DNA from: Asterias rubens
Lineage: Eukaryota
Reading direction: 5' to 3'
NCBI RefSeq assembly: GCF_902459465.1
Contig: NC_047079.1
Span: forward strand, 10,292,001 to 10,356,000
Length of the DNA stretch: 64,000 nucleotides
Shown here in pieces: positions 48,940-61,849 of the stretch (positions are counted from its first letter, which is position 1; each line of letters starts with the position of its first letter). A model generated the notes under the pieces. It searched no databases. It was not told the origin of the DNA and saw nothing but the letters and a program-made list of their open reading frames with translations. The position numbers and the translations under genes were made by a program.

Positions 48940-49300
48940 AGCCATTGGACCTTTTCGGTAAACAGTATTGTCCAAGGCCCACACTTCGTGTATCACAACT
49001 TCTATATAAAATAACAAACCTGTGAAAATTTAGGCTCAATCGGTCATCGGAGTCGGGAGAAAATAACGGGAAAACCCACCCTTGTATCCGCGCGTTTCGC
49101 CGTGTCATGACATGTGTTCAAAATAAATCCGTAATTCTCGTTAACGAGAATTGATATTGTTTTACTGTTTTCTCAAAAATTTAAGCCTTTCATGGAATAA
49201 TATTTCACGAGAAGTATTTCACCACTACCTTCTGTAAACCCTGTAAGTAATTTGTAGATCTGTGAACTTTTTTTTTCTGTACCGAAAGGGTCAAATGGCT
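48940..49300. mobile_element. Kolobok-type MITE, AGCCATTGGAC family
   Basis: TTAA|AGCCATTGGACC...GGTCAAATGGCT|TTAA. Confidence 0.85.
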
Positions 49301-50905
49301 TTAACTGCACTACCGCGGAATGGGTTCTTAAATATTAGTCTCGATCACAAAACATTATTTCAAAGAGAGGAAAATAATTATATTTCAACAGGATTGATCA
49401 ACAGGATTCTATATATGCTTCATGATATTTTGTCATCTTTCTAAATAACGAAACCCATTTTAAAAACTCCATACTATAAAGCAATGAGTCGGCTATTATT
49501 GTATTTCTCAGTCAGGAAAATGAATTTTCCTGTGCCCGTAGTTTTATGATATTTTTTATAATTTAATAATTATGAGAGACAAATGGTGAAGCAATTTTAT
49601 AATACAATATCAAATAACTCAAACACAAAACAGCTACAACGAAATTGCTGAAGAGGGGCAAAGTAAAATCCCAGTGCGCTATACACAATCGAATATACAG
49701 TAATTTAAAACTTCATTCTATATACCTCCATGATTAAAGTAAATATTAATATGAAAGAATGATTAAAGGGGCACATTGCATTCGGATTGGGCGCTTTTGG
49801 CTATACAAAGCGCTTGTATTAAATGAACATGGTTGGAAAGATGTTTTAAAAGTAGACTTAAAAATGATACACACAAACATCCCTCGAATTTTGTGTGTGT
49901 TTTTCTTCTTTCTTCTTGAGGTCCGCCATTTTGTGGAACACAATCGACTGGACTCCACAACAAATACTGAACGTGAACGCGAAGTAGAAAGAAGGGATCG
50001 TGACAAAACATCAATTTATGTTTTTAAAACCATTGTTTTAAAAAACAATGACGGAATGGTAAATAATACAACAGCACCAGACTGATTCAAAGATTGGCAT
50101 TGGACACCCGCCTTTGGATTGTCAAAGACCAGTATTCTCGCTTGGTTTATCCCAACATAATAATACAAAATCTGTAAACATTTTGACTCAATGGTCACCG
50201 AAGTTGCAAAGGAATATGCTTTCAGATGCCTAATAAAAGCCTGCAGTCTTTTGGTAATTTAGTGAAATATTACCCCTTTCTCAAAAACTACAGAGGGAGC
50301 CGTTTCTCACAATGTTTTATACTATCAATAGCTCTCCAGTGCTCGTGTATGCTAACAATTATTTTGATTACACCAAACTTGCCTTTAAATCAATCCACAC
50401 AGTAGGCTTTTGGAGAACAATAAATAACAAGAGAATCGGCATCTCTTGTGTTGAACGCGTGTCCATGATCAAAGTACATTCTTAGTCTGCAATGAACCCA
50501 CTTAGAAATGACACAAGCTAATTGAGAGTCTTTGTTAAAAGGTTCGCCATGCAGGACTCTCAAAAACATCTTTGAGAATGAACATAATAAATAACAATGG
50601 CGGTTAATTTTTGTTCTATTCCAATGTAGAGCCCTACTTTGCCACTTAGAATTAAATTCGAGGGAGAGAACCCATTAGCAGGGGCTGCTATTGCAACCTT
50701 GAAGTTCGCTAAGAGGCTTCCGTGCTGCACATATTATAGGGCCCGATTTCATAAAGTTGTTAAAGCAGAAAATACTGTTAGATAAATGAATTTCTTTGCT
50801 AAGCAAAAATTTAGTGGGGCAGTCACAAAATTGTAATGTGGGAACTGAAATATAGGGGCGAGTACAACGGGAAATGCAAGAATTCAGAATGGTTCTGCAA
50901 CCAGT

Positions 50906-51057
50906 GGGTGCGTTCGTTTAGCTTCCCTGGGTCGACCCCGTCGTGTGGCGTTTTTTCTTTCCAGGACGAACGTGTGCAGATAATTACCCACGTTCGTCCT
51001 GGAAAACAAAACCGCCACACACCGGGGTCGACCCAGGGCAGCTAAACAAACGCACCC
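50906..51057. mobile_element. Fold-back MITE with GGGTGCGTTCG..TAGCTTCCC..GGTCGACCCC ends (relatives 13221-13450, 44829-44890)
   Basis: Nearly whole-length hairpin; the same terminal sequence occurs in three places. Confidence 0.8.
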
Positions 51058-52978
51058 AATGGGAACAGTCAGCTATTATATGTCACGTCTAGATACAATG
51101 CGAACTCCACACAATTCTTTTTGTATGACGTAATCATTAATTTTGCTCTGAGTTGCATGGCTAGCGTCCTCTGCTGGTTGCTTCCCGTTTATGATCATTC
51201 TGTTTTGAGGCCAAACACTGTCGCATGCAATTATGTCCTCTATGCAATACTATCCGGAGGACATTATTGCATATGCAATAATGTCCGCCGGACGGTTTTG
51301 CATATACAATAATGTCCGCCGGACGGTTTTGCATATGCAATTGTGTCCGCCCGGACGCTGCTGCATAATGCAATTGGGTCCGAAACCGCCCTTGCAGTAA
51401 ATTAAACGCCATTGGTCGACGGAACACGTTCGCCATTTTTTACAAGCTAAGTGCATGTCGTGAATGACATGGGAAATGTTCGGCCGTTGGGTATTCCCTG
51501 CAATCATAAAATACCTGAATATTCATGCTGCATATACGTAGGTTCAGTGCATGCACGCTCGGTTACGTGCGCACATACATGTACAGTCATGTACATGGGG
51601 ATTGTCCGCCGGACGGTTTTTGCATAACCCCGGACACGATTGCATATGCAAAGTGTCCGAAGCGGACAGTATTGCATGGCGGACACAATTGCATCTGACA
51701 CCGGTACTGACGTCTGTATAATGTCTTCAACAGGTAAAGATCTTGTTATATCTGTTGAATCCTGGCAATTCTTAATGGGAAATTTAAGAATGTCAGCTGA
51801 ACAAAAGATGCAACCCAATTTTGAATGCGCCTTTTATTCGCCAAGAAATCTACAGATTAAAGGTCAAATTCTACTGGAGTGAAACGACAGCTAAAAGTCC
51901 AACTCTGCCGAGCTTTGAAAAGACAGTTTAAATCCACTTTACTCGACAGCCATCTAAACTTATACCTCTGCTAGCCAATCTCTCACGCGTGACTAATGAA
52001 CCATTAGAATGTCAATTGCAACTGTCGCCAATGTCATGAAACACTCGTGCTTATTATTGATTTCGTGACAAACGCAAGTAACTTATATTAATAACCCCTC
52101 TTTGGGTAACTTTTAACATAGACCTTTGAGCTCCCCTCTTAAGGGGGAATTTCTGTAAAAAGTTATTAAAGCACGAACGAATCGCTTGGAGAAATGATTG
52201 CTGACTGTTTAATTTTTTTCGTGAATTATTACAAAACCGAACAATGGATATTAGTTTTTGAAAGAGGATACACGATTTGGGCTAGCCGTTTGTCAAGACC
52301 TCCATGGCTACTGGATCCACGATCACAAGCGACTGGAACGGGAGAACGCGTGGTCTCCTGTTCAAGTCGCTCCGTTGGTTCTACGCCCTCTACCACTACC
52401 AGTGATTAATACAAACACTGGATCGCCCATGAAGACTAGCTATATACCTTTATAATGGTGCAGCCAACTTGAATTTCTCCCCTTAGTACCAATGTTATCA
52501 AACCGAGACTGGAAGAACAAAATAGTCTGGTTTCTATTTGCAAAATGATTAATGGCCTTCATTAGTGTTATTCCATACAAGGAACATGACCAAGATGGAT
52601 GCAGCATGATAAATGCCGCGTATAGACTGGTCCCCTGTCTTTATCAAGGCACTTACTTTTTAGAACCAGTGATTTGATTCGAATATTTTCATTGGATAAT
52701 AATGTACGTGACGTAAGCTTTCTATATCTGTGTTTTGATTGGTCCGAGGTAACGTTTGGCAGCCGAATATGAATGTAGGTGAAAGGTGAAGATGGAAGTG
52801 GATTGACTTAGGCTACGAGACCACTCTCTGGCGTTATTCACTAGCCTCGAAGTTTGACGTCAGTGTTCAGGCTAGACTAGCTATAGTGGTCTTGGATGAG
52901 ACCCGAGGGGTCGAGCGAATAACCTCATACCCAGCTAGAGCCGTGTATCTCACATCTCTGTCTATACCATGCCTATAA

Positions 52979-53330
52979 AGACAGTGGACACTGTTGGTAA
53001 TTGTCAAACACCAGTCTGCTCACTTGAGGTATCTCAAGATAATTATGCACAAAATAACAAACCGGTGAAAATTTGAGCTCGATTGGTCGTCGAAGTTGCG
53101 AGATAATAATGAAAGAAAAAACACTATTGCCACACGAACTTGTTTGCTTTCAAATGCTTGATTTCGAGACCTCAAATTGGAAATTACTGCTTTCTCGAAA
53201 ACTACTTTACTTCAGAGAGAGCCGTTTGTCACAATGTTTTATACTATCAACAGCTTCCCATTACTCGTTACCAGGATAAGGTTTTATGCTAATAATTATT
53301 TTGAGTAATTACCAATAGTGTCCACTGCCT
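52979..53330. mobile_element. Kolobok-type MITE, opposite orientation
   Basis: AGACAGTGGACAC...GTGTCCACTGCCT|TTAA; internal sequence is the reverse complement of 27159-27531. Confidence 0.85.
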
Positions 53331-54304
53331 TTAATACACGAGAACAAACATGGGCTCCACGCTGGTAAACGATAACATTATTTTAATTACCGTCGATTAA
53401 TCAAGTCGTGTATCCGTGTGTTTTTAAACTAGCAATGTTTACCATGACTACCTTCGAAAACAAACGGTGTTATCTAAAGAATTATTAACGAAATTATGTG
53501 AGACTAAAATCTTCCGGATGGCTTTCGATATCATAAAAAAAATATAGAGACACTGTTTACACCACGGAAAGTATTTTGTCAAGATTTAATGATCAAAGGC
53601 TGTGATCAATTTCACGGTCTAGGGTTTGAACACAGTTCTCTATAGATGATTGACGAATGAAAAACTTCTGGAATAATGGATTCTTATGTTCAAGATTAAA
53701 GTCCGTTTTAGAGAAAAGCTCGTCAAAATTGAAACTGTGTGAATCTTTGAATCAAAGTGCGATGTCACACTGGAGCGGAACATTAGGCCCAAACGAATTC
53801 ATCTGAATTACTTAGCTATTCATACAATCTACCATGCAATCTACGTAGTATAAAGTGTGAAATAGATGGATTTATTGGGGAAAACATTGTTGCATTTGTT
53901 GATTAGTGACTCTTAAAGTTGATTATTAGTTGATTATCAGACGTATAAACTTGATCAGACACTGGGAAAGGTCACTCTAGGAATCCTCGATCCTAGTATG
54001 TGTGTGAGTCAGTGGCACCCCCCCCCCCCCCCAAAAAAAGAGATTTACACTTGGTTGTTTCCATAAATTTATAGTTACTTCTTCGTTTGTTTAAGGTTCG
54101 TCACTTTCTGATAAGTTGAGTTGTCTTATGCCCTTTTCGAAACCACGGCTTCGGCTTCAGGCTCTGTCCCCTCTCGCCTGAAGCCCTGTGCAACACGTGC
54201 GCAAAGCATGCGCAATATTTTCAAGCAACCGCGGGGCCAGGCTAGCCTGAGCCGAATATGGAGCCTAGCCGAAGCCGTGGATTTGAAAAGGCCAAAGAAA
54301 CTTT

Positions 54305-55354
54305 TTAACAGAAATGGACGGTTGGTTGGTTCACTTTCGTTTCACGTACAGAACCAAGACGTCTTGATAAGGTATCTAACTCACTCCCCGTTGCCAGCCC
54401 AATCTTCCACTTGCAGGGCACCAGCTGCATTAGAGCAACTCTAAAGTTCTTGTTCAAACAAATATAAATCAAAGGATTTACGCAAGAGTTTATGAAGGCT
54501 AGGACTGCAAACAAGCGGTACACTTTACTCCCAAAGTAGCCAGTCGGTAGGGCGTTTAGGTTGAGTAGGAAATAAGCGACTTGATCGGGAGACCAGCAGA
54601 TGATGAATATTATGACGACCATGAGGACCATTCGGATGACGTAAGCACGGCATCGCAGCAAGGAGAAGGCAGGGGATGAAGTCGATTCGTTCCTCTTAAG
54701 AAGTACAGTGGCCTGCTCTTGTAACTTTCTAATGGCGCAGTAATGGGATACCACCATCACAGTAACCGGGACGGCAAACTCCACCAGGAAAATACACACC
54801 CCGTGGAAGACCTGTAAGGCAGGACTGGGCCAAATGAGCACGCACTTGTTCATCGTGTCATCGACTCGTGTGATGTGAAAGTGTATGGAGTTAACACCAA
54901 GTGCGGAGATCCAGATAGCTGTAATGTAGTACTTCGTTCGGTGGGTGCTAAAGACTGTTCTGTGTTTGATGGGACGTACAATAGCGAAGTATCGCTCGAG
55001 TGACAATAAGGTGAGAGTGAAGATTGAAGCCACGATAGAAATCCACATTATGACGGCAGAATATGTAAAGATGCAATAGACTCTACCAACTGCTGAGTTG
55101 GGTACGTAGGTTAGAGACGGTATGGGGATTATAGCGACGGATGTGATGAGATCAGCAACGGCTAACATCACGATGAGTTTGTTGGAGTTGCTTCGATTAC
55201 GGAGTTTCTTAACGTACACAATGATGACTAGACTGTTACCAAGGATACCGAAGAGTGCTAAGACGAGTTGAATGATGGTAAACCATTGCCAGCTGAGAGC
55301 CACAGCAACCAATGTGTCAACATCACTTGGAGATGTTGTAAAACCTTCCATCAT
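54305..55354 (-). CDS. Class A GPCR, paralog 2 of the same peptide-receptor-like family, 349 aa, single coding exon
   Basis: GNSLV, LAVADL, SLERY, CWSP, NPLIY; collinear with 46042-47109. Likely start MMEG at 55354. Confidence 0.92.
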   Translation of the reverse strand: MMEGFTTSPSDVDTLVAVALSWQWFTIIQLVLALFGILGNSLVIIVYVKKLRNRSNSNKLIVMLAVADLITSVAIIPIPSLTYVPNSAVGRVYCIFTYSAVIMWISIVASIFTLTLLSLERYFAIVRPIKHRTVFSTHRTKYYITAIWISALGVNSIHFHITRVDDTMNKCVLIWPSPALQVFHGVCIFLVEFAVPVTVMVVSHYCAIRKLQEQATVLLKRNESTSSPAFSLLRCRAYVIRMVLMVVIIFIICWSPDQVAYFLLNLNALPTGYFGSKVYRLFAVLAFINSCVNPLIYICLNKNFRVALMQLVPCKWKIGLATGSELDTLSRRLGSVRETKVNQPTVHFC

Positions 55355-56518
55355 GGTGTTCGAGTTTTGCTTTAGTAGCACTTTAATTTTCAATAGATGA
55401 AACACAATTGTACAAAGATTACAGTCAAAGCGCTTCGGGGGGAAATCACACCCACCCACCGTGTTCTGGGGCAGATATGTAAAAACAAAGCCCACTCCTC
55501 ACTTTTTACTCAAAGGTTGCAATATGCGTGGGCTCTTTACGTGGTAGACTTGGTTCAAGTCCCGTTCTCATGTGTGTGAGAGGTCGCATATCGCGCCAAC
55601 CACCAGCAAACAACTCGTTTAGCAGTGCGCGCTCGCCGTCAATTATGTGGTGGTCCCGTGCGGAACAGGTTGGGTATTGCAGAGCATCACAAAACAATAG
55701 TTTTCTGGCGATGGCACGGGATTGGGACTTGAGTCAAGTCTATCTTCATGAGTGTCCTCTGTACTACCGTATTCTTTACAAAACAGCGCATGTCTGAACA
55801 ACCACACGTGACCCTCTCAAACTATCAAATCCAGAGCAAGAAATATACAACGGATACTTATTCAGAGGCTCTTGGACATCGAACCTCCAGTTCATCTTAA
55901 AGGGAGGAGAGTCGGCATCGTTGCTTGTAGTATATAAATGTGAAATTTTTATGAGCTAGGTCTGGGAGGGCACATCTTTTTTGATGTAAGTTTTTTGACT
56001 TTTTCCCTTCCCTGGACGGCCTGTGCTTATTTTAGTGTTTTGTCCGAAGAATTAAAATAAACAAAAATAAAATAAAATAAAATAAAATGTTTTGCACGCC
56101 CTCATATTCTATAGTTAAAGATTTAAGAGCCCCATAAAATCTATACATCAGTGTAAAGTTGACTTTACAACTTATTTTGTGGATGACATGAACCCTAAAA
56201 ATGTGTCCTATTTGCCGAGAAAAGGTGTAGGGATGTTTTGTTGCTAAATTGTATACAACTCACTGGGGCTCGGGACTCTTAAGCTGAGGGTCACTGCAAA
56301 AACGTTGATCAAATCATTTGTTGGGCAAAGTAACTTCAACAATTATTGGTCGATAGTTGCCCAACAAAACCAATTGGTGTTGGACAAACGTTTTGTTTGC
56401 CAAATTTTTGTTTAAAAAGCGGAACAAAATTTGGGCAAGTGTTGGGCAAAGTATTCGTAATCTGAATGTATCATAACTGTTGGTTACACTTTTGTTTATT
56501 TGTTTATTTGTTTATTTG

Positions 56519-57460
56519 TACAAATGAATGTACATCCAACCTCAGTTCAGTGAAAATTTTCAAATATGCCGATGACACAGTGATTCTTGGACTCATAAAC
56601 AACCAGCAGGAGGGGGAATATAGGAAAGCGATACAGAGCTTTAGCCAGTGGTGTAATGATAACTTTCTCATACTGAATCCTCAAAAAACAAAAGAGATTG
56701 TGTTTGATTTCAGGCATATTAAGAGAGGTGAACCTTCAGCAAATAGTATTACCCTCATTGGACAGGATATTGACATTGTGCAAAATTACAAATACCTGGG
56801 TACAATAATCGACAATCAATTGAATTGGAGTAACCATTGCTCAGCGCTCATCACAAAGGGCTGTCGGTTAATGTATTTTTTGCGTAAATTGAACTATTTT
56901 CATGTAGACAAGGAAATTATGATTCTGTTTTACTCATCTGTTATTGAAAGTGCTATTACTCATGATTGTGTGGTTTGGTACAATGGAGCAAGAAAACAAG
57001 ATACTGGTAAAATGAAACGGGTTGTGAAACAAGCATCAAAAATCCTAGGGATAGACATCGATCTTGATGAAACTTGCAAAAATAAGGTTCTAGCTAAAGC
57101 AGAGGCTGTTGTATGTAACACCAACCATCCATTAAACAAATTCTTCATCAAACTTAGAAGTGGTAGGAGATGGCAGTCACTTAGGTGCAAAACAAACAGG
57201 TACCTCAACTCCTTCATCCCATACTCCGTCCGTCTCCTCAACCGTGTTTAACTACTTTGTTTACTTTCTGCTTAGATGTAGTTTTCAGTATAATTAATTT
57301 GTGGTTTATTAGTAATGTAGTTTTCTGATTAATTAATATTTCCAGTAGTTTATTTATGATTGTGTGTTATTTGTTTTTCTTTCTGTATTGCATGTATTCA
57401 TACAGAGTTTCCTACATGGTGGGACAAATAAAAATTGAATTGAATTGAATTGAATTGAAT
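56519..57460 (+). mobile_element. 5'-truncated non-LTR retrotransposon (CR1/L2-group, Rex/Crack-like): RT C-terminus, DUF1891-like region, 3' UTR and (ATTGA)n tail
   Basis: Uninterrupted frame with FKYADDT, LNPQKTKEIVFDFR, YKYLGTIID, RLMYFLRKL and RYLNSFIP to stop 57251; AATAAA at 57427-57432 followed by about five ATTGA repeats. Confidence 0.92.
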
Positions 57461-57890
57461 TTATTGGAGCAACTTTTTTGGTAACTTTAGTTAATTTCGA
57501 TCGTTGGTTAAAATGATGTACATAAGTTGGTCAAAATCATCCGATCATGCGCACTACGATCAAAGAGTTGCCCAAAAGTTGGGCAAGGTATGAAAAAACA
57601 TAACGATATTTTCCAACATGGCGAGTGGAGGAGTGGCTGTGACGAGCTGGGTTTTCCAGTAGATATAGATCAAATTTGAAGGTTAATTTTTAACTAAATA
57701 TGAAGTTGTGTTTTCTATTAAGTCGTACATAGTCGTGACAGTTGCAGAGGGAGCAACAAAGTGACACTACTGTTGAATTAGTTTCAGTTTTTAGTTTCAG
57801 TTTTATCATGCCATTATGTGCAACGCCGGTTGTGGCATGTATGCGTGTGCTTGCGCTGCAACTGTCACGACTGTGTACAACAACCTGAAC

Positions 57891-57973
57891 AGGAAACAAA
57901 CTGTATTTTATAGTTAAAAACTAACCCTCCAAAGCATCTACGAACCACTAGTTAAAAATACAGTTTGTTTCCT
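57891..57973. repeat. Short inverted repeat with 19-bp perfect arms
   Basis: AGGAAACAAACTGTATTTT / AAAATACAGTTTGTTTCCT. Confidence 0.75.
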
Positions 57974-60900
57974 TTGAGCACCCTCTCGATTTTGAGAGAG
58001 ATGCCAAGGCCTTGGAAGGTCACAGCTCACCACCGTTTGCCATCTTGGAAAATATATTTTCTACGCCTGCTTGTATGACGTATCACAGAAGAAACTGTAA
58101 ATCAAAGGGTTAAATACATTCACCATTTGTTGGATAACACCGAAAAGGGTTAAATCATTAATTAAATCATCGCCCGATTAGTGGGTTATTGATAATGGAT
58201 TAAATACCAGAAAATGGGTAAACAAAAAATTACCCAACCGTTGGTTACCAAAATATACCCAACTATTGATGAGGAAATATTACCCAATTATTTGGCAATC
58301 AGAGTGCCTAAATTTGATGGGTAATATTTTGCCCAAAAGTTGGAGGAGTTCACTATTCGCCCTTAATTGGGTAAAAAGTTGGGCGTTTTTTACCCAATTT
58401 GTTTACAGTGTAACAATTCAAGAGTTAATGGATAACTTTCCTTTTACTTTAAAAAGCTGCCGGACTTCAAATAAATGTTATTGTATTTTTTTGAGTTATG
58501 TATCATTCTGCACTGTATGTATGCTATGGGAGTTGATTGAGTGGGGTGCCCCAATAAAAAGTATTGACATATTATTTCCAATAAAGGTTGTTGTAACACA
58601 ATAAATTGACTTGAAGTGCAAACTCAACTGGAGTTGTAGTTCAATGGATTACAACGTGTTACGAAATAAAAGGTTCAACAACTCATCTGAAGTGATGAAC
58701 AAACACCGAACTTTAGTTGTTAGGCTCCTGAAGATTTGATCTACTTAAAGATAGGGTGACAGATTGTTCTGTTCTTAGATGTAATAGACCCTGTATATAC
58801 GATATGTCATATCAGTATAGGGCGTCCTCACCTGGAGGTAAAAAAACCGTCTACCCTCTAAGATGGCGGCTGAACGTCAATGCTTAAGGTATACTAGCAA
58901 ATGTTTTGAAATGTAATGTGGGTGTCATACGCCTCTCTTAATATTTATGCATGACATTATAATTCTACCCCAAAATGATCGGCTATGGCGCACGTCCGCC
59001 ACTACTTGCAGTGGCTGCGCCCATAGCTCCGTTTACGGGCACAGAGACAGAGGTTATAGTCACTTTGTATAGTTGGATTGGGAATTGTATTTAAAATGAA
59101 TGAGGATCTTAAGCTCCAAAGATTCATAACATTTATAAGATTCTATACTTTTATTATTTGGATTGTTTTTTCTTTGAGTCTTTATTTGGTTTTTTTCTCC
59201 TTTTATTTGTGTCTCCTTTTTTTTGTATATCTGTGTTTTGCCATTAATTGTTTCTTTTTGTCCATGCCCTTTAAACTTCTTTTAGGTGTAACTATTTCCT
59301 TGTTTGTTTGTTGATGTTTTGGTGTAGTTTGGTAATTCCCCATAAGGGAGAGAATTATTGATATAATGTATGTTTCTTGGTATCGATGTTAAAGTTTAGT
59401 TGTGGATGTAGTGTTGTAGGCCCATATTATTTTAAAAATTATTTTTGTTGTCTCTTCATTTCGTTCTTTTTGTAAATTGTTGATTAGTGTAAGAAAAATG
59501 GTAGTGTTAGGATGTAATCGGTTGTCACAAGAAAGTTGTTCATTTGTGTATTTACCTTTTTGGATATTATTATGCTAAAGGTTGAAATATGAAGTACATT
59601 ATAATATAAAGGATAATAAACATAAAGAGGCGTATGAGACCATGTCAATCTATCCTGGATGAATACAAAGTAAACTTATTATCCGCAATGTGGATTATTT
59701 TGTCCCCGACTTTTGAGCATAGTTTTAATTCAATCGGCTCTGTTATTGTTATTGTAGTAATTTTGTTAACCCAACTGCACAAGTATTTCCCCGCTAAGCC
59801 GAATGTAATGGTAATTACCTAGTCGACTAAAATAGTAACGCACTGCTATGCACACTTATTGTATTGTACTGAGCGCATATAATTCACGTGCTCGCGGATA
59901 ATAGTGTCTCCACATTGCCTACCAATCAGGAGGTCTTTGTCAAAGAGCAAATCAGACAATTTTTTTTTTATAACCTGATGAATTTGGCATTAGTGGTATT
60001 GTGGTTCCCTTCTCAACAAATCAGGTACCTCCACGAACAAACCCATAGTCACCGTCAATAGCCGCGCCGAGCTACTCGACCAAAGGCTCGTAACAGGGCT
60101 GGTATAATATCCTCCTCAACAATAATCATCGGTACTAAATAGCAGAGGAGATATCCGACTAAAAAGGCTTGAATAGTCTCAGCCAATATCAGAGTTTATC
60201 CGACTGGAAAAGGAAGGAAGTAAACAGCTTTGCTTTGTTGAATTATTTGTTGCTTTGTTTCCAATAACGCTACGATTTTAGAATCTTGGACCCCAGACTT
60301 ATTGATCGCGATTTATGGACGTTTTCATAATGAACGTCGAATCAATCCACGTTCAGCGGGGTGACAGAGTGGGCATCAATATTGCATGCATCTATAGAGG
60401 GTGATATGTAATTATTCTGTGAGAGGGCGGCACTCACTTAATGATTATTTCTTGCTTGGAATTGTATAATAAGAAATTTGTTTTTGACTTCAGAGCCATT
60501 TCACCTATCTTTAGCTTCTTTAGGGAGCCACTTAATGCTTCATGGCTCCCGGGGTTCTCATTTTGGGCGTTGGTATATAATTATAATGTAAAGAAGTTAC
60601 GAAATTTTGTGAAGTGGTATTTTAGGTACGTAGTTGAAGTCATGGTTTGCAAAAGTCGGACGTGAAATAAACGTTTTAAATTGATTATTCACGTCATGCA
60701 AATATTGAGTGAACGTCACTTTTGTAAAGATTTGCATAAAGTGAATAATTACTTTAAAACGTTTATTTCACGTCCGAATTCTGCAAACCATGACTTCAAC
60801 GTCGCACCGAAAATACCCACTTACCAAATTTCGGTGCAGGTAAAATATATCACAAGAGAGTTTAAGCTGAATATTCAGCCCCGGGAGCCACGAAGCAAAA

Positions 60901-61849
60901 AGTGGCCCCCTAAAGAAGCTAAAGACAGATTAAGATATAAATCACTTTTTAAATCTTGCCGTCTCTGTTCATGGTTCAAGACTAATCTTTACCAGCAAGG
61001 TAACGCCCTCTGTCGATCATGTTGTTACAGAGCAAGCTCTGTGAAATAGTAATGGCGGTCATTGACCATGCTTATATTATACATTTTTATACATGAATGT
61101 AACCTGCAAGCCCATACACTTTACAGTTTTTTTTTTTGTGTTTAATAATGATGGTTTTGACGGTGAATGACGTTACCGTTCGTGTTGACGGTCATTTGAC
61201 GCTAATTAATATGACCAAAATGAGGGCGCTCTTTAAAACCACCGCAGAGAGAGAGGGCTCCCAAAACTGTAATAAAGTAAGTTTGCTTAGTTGTTTTTAG
61301 GTGAAAATACTATCTTTCAATGTAAATTTTGTTGTACAAAAGAACAGAACAACGTAAGGTAAATAAAGTACTCTTTTCAATGATTTTCAACACCGAAATT
61401 TAGTCTGTAGTGCAAGATTAGCGGGTGACTGAAGGAAGGTTGTAAAAAGGTTTTTAAAAAACAAGAAGACACAGGCAGTAACTGCATTGGCTCTGCACTA
61501 AATTGAATTCTTTTCCCCCCATTTATTTGCATATGCAAAATGTGTTATTTGTTTACAGAGCAGAGCCCCAGTACTGGGTCTATCCTCCATGGTCTAACTA
61601 AGATTATAAGCAGCCAATTTTGTTATACTGAAGCAGATATTATTTTAACAATACATTTTACAACATATTTGTGACTTTGGGACGGTGGGTAAAGACAGCA
61701 CCACCAACTTGCCTCTTCTCTTGGTGAAATTGAACACTAACTAAAAAGTATAATTTTTTCTCTATTCTTTATATAAAATAGATGTAGGCTGTGCTGGATG
61801 TCAAGCATCATCTTCAACCCTAAAACTTGAGTATGGTTTAAAATCAACT

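Noticed and set aside
55355-55495. 47-aa N-terminal extension of GPCR paralog 2 in the ORF track
   Set aside because: Not homologous to paralog 1 and looks like UTR or intron sequence; MMEG at 55354 is the more plausible start. Likewise the 47124 start of paralog 1 is a TTG.
57605-57880. Possible small gene or THAP start (CAACATGGCG..MASGGVAVTSW; MPLCATP)
   Set aside because: Frames close within 15-27 codons, the THAP C2CH pattern is absent, and there is no downstream exon support.
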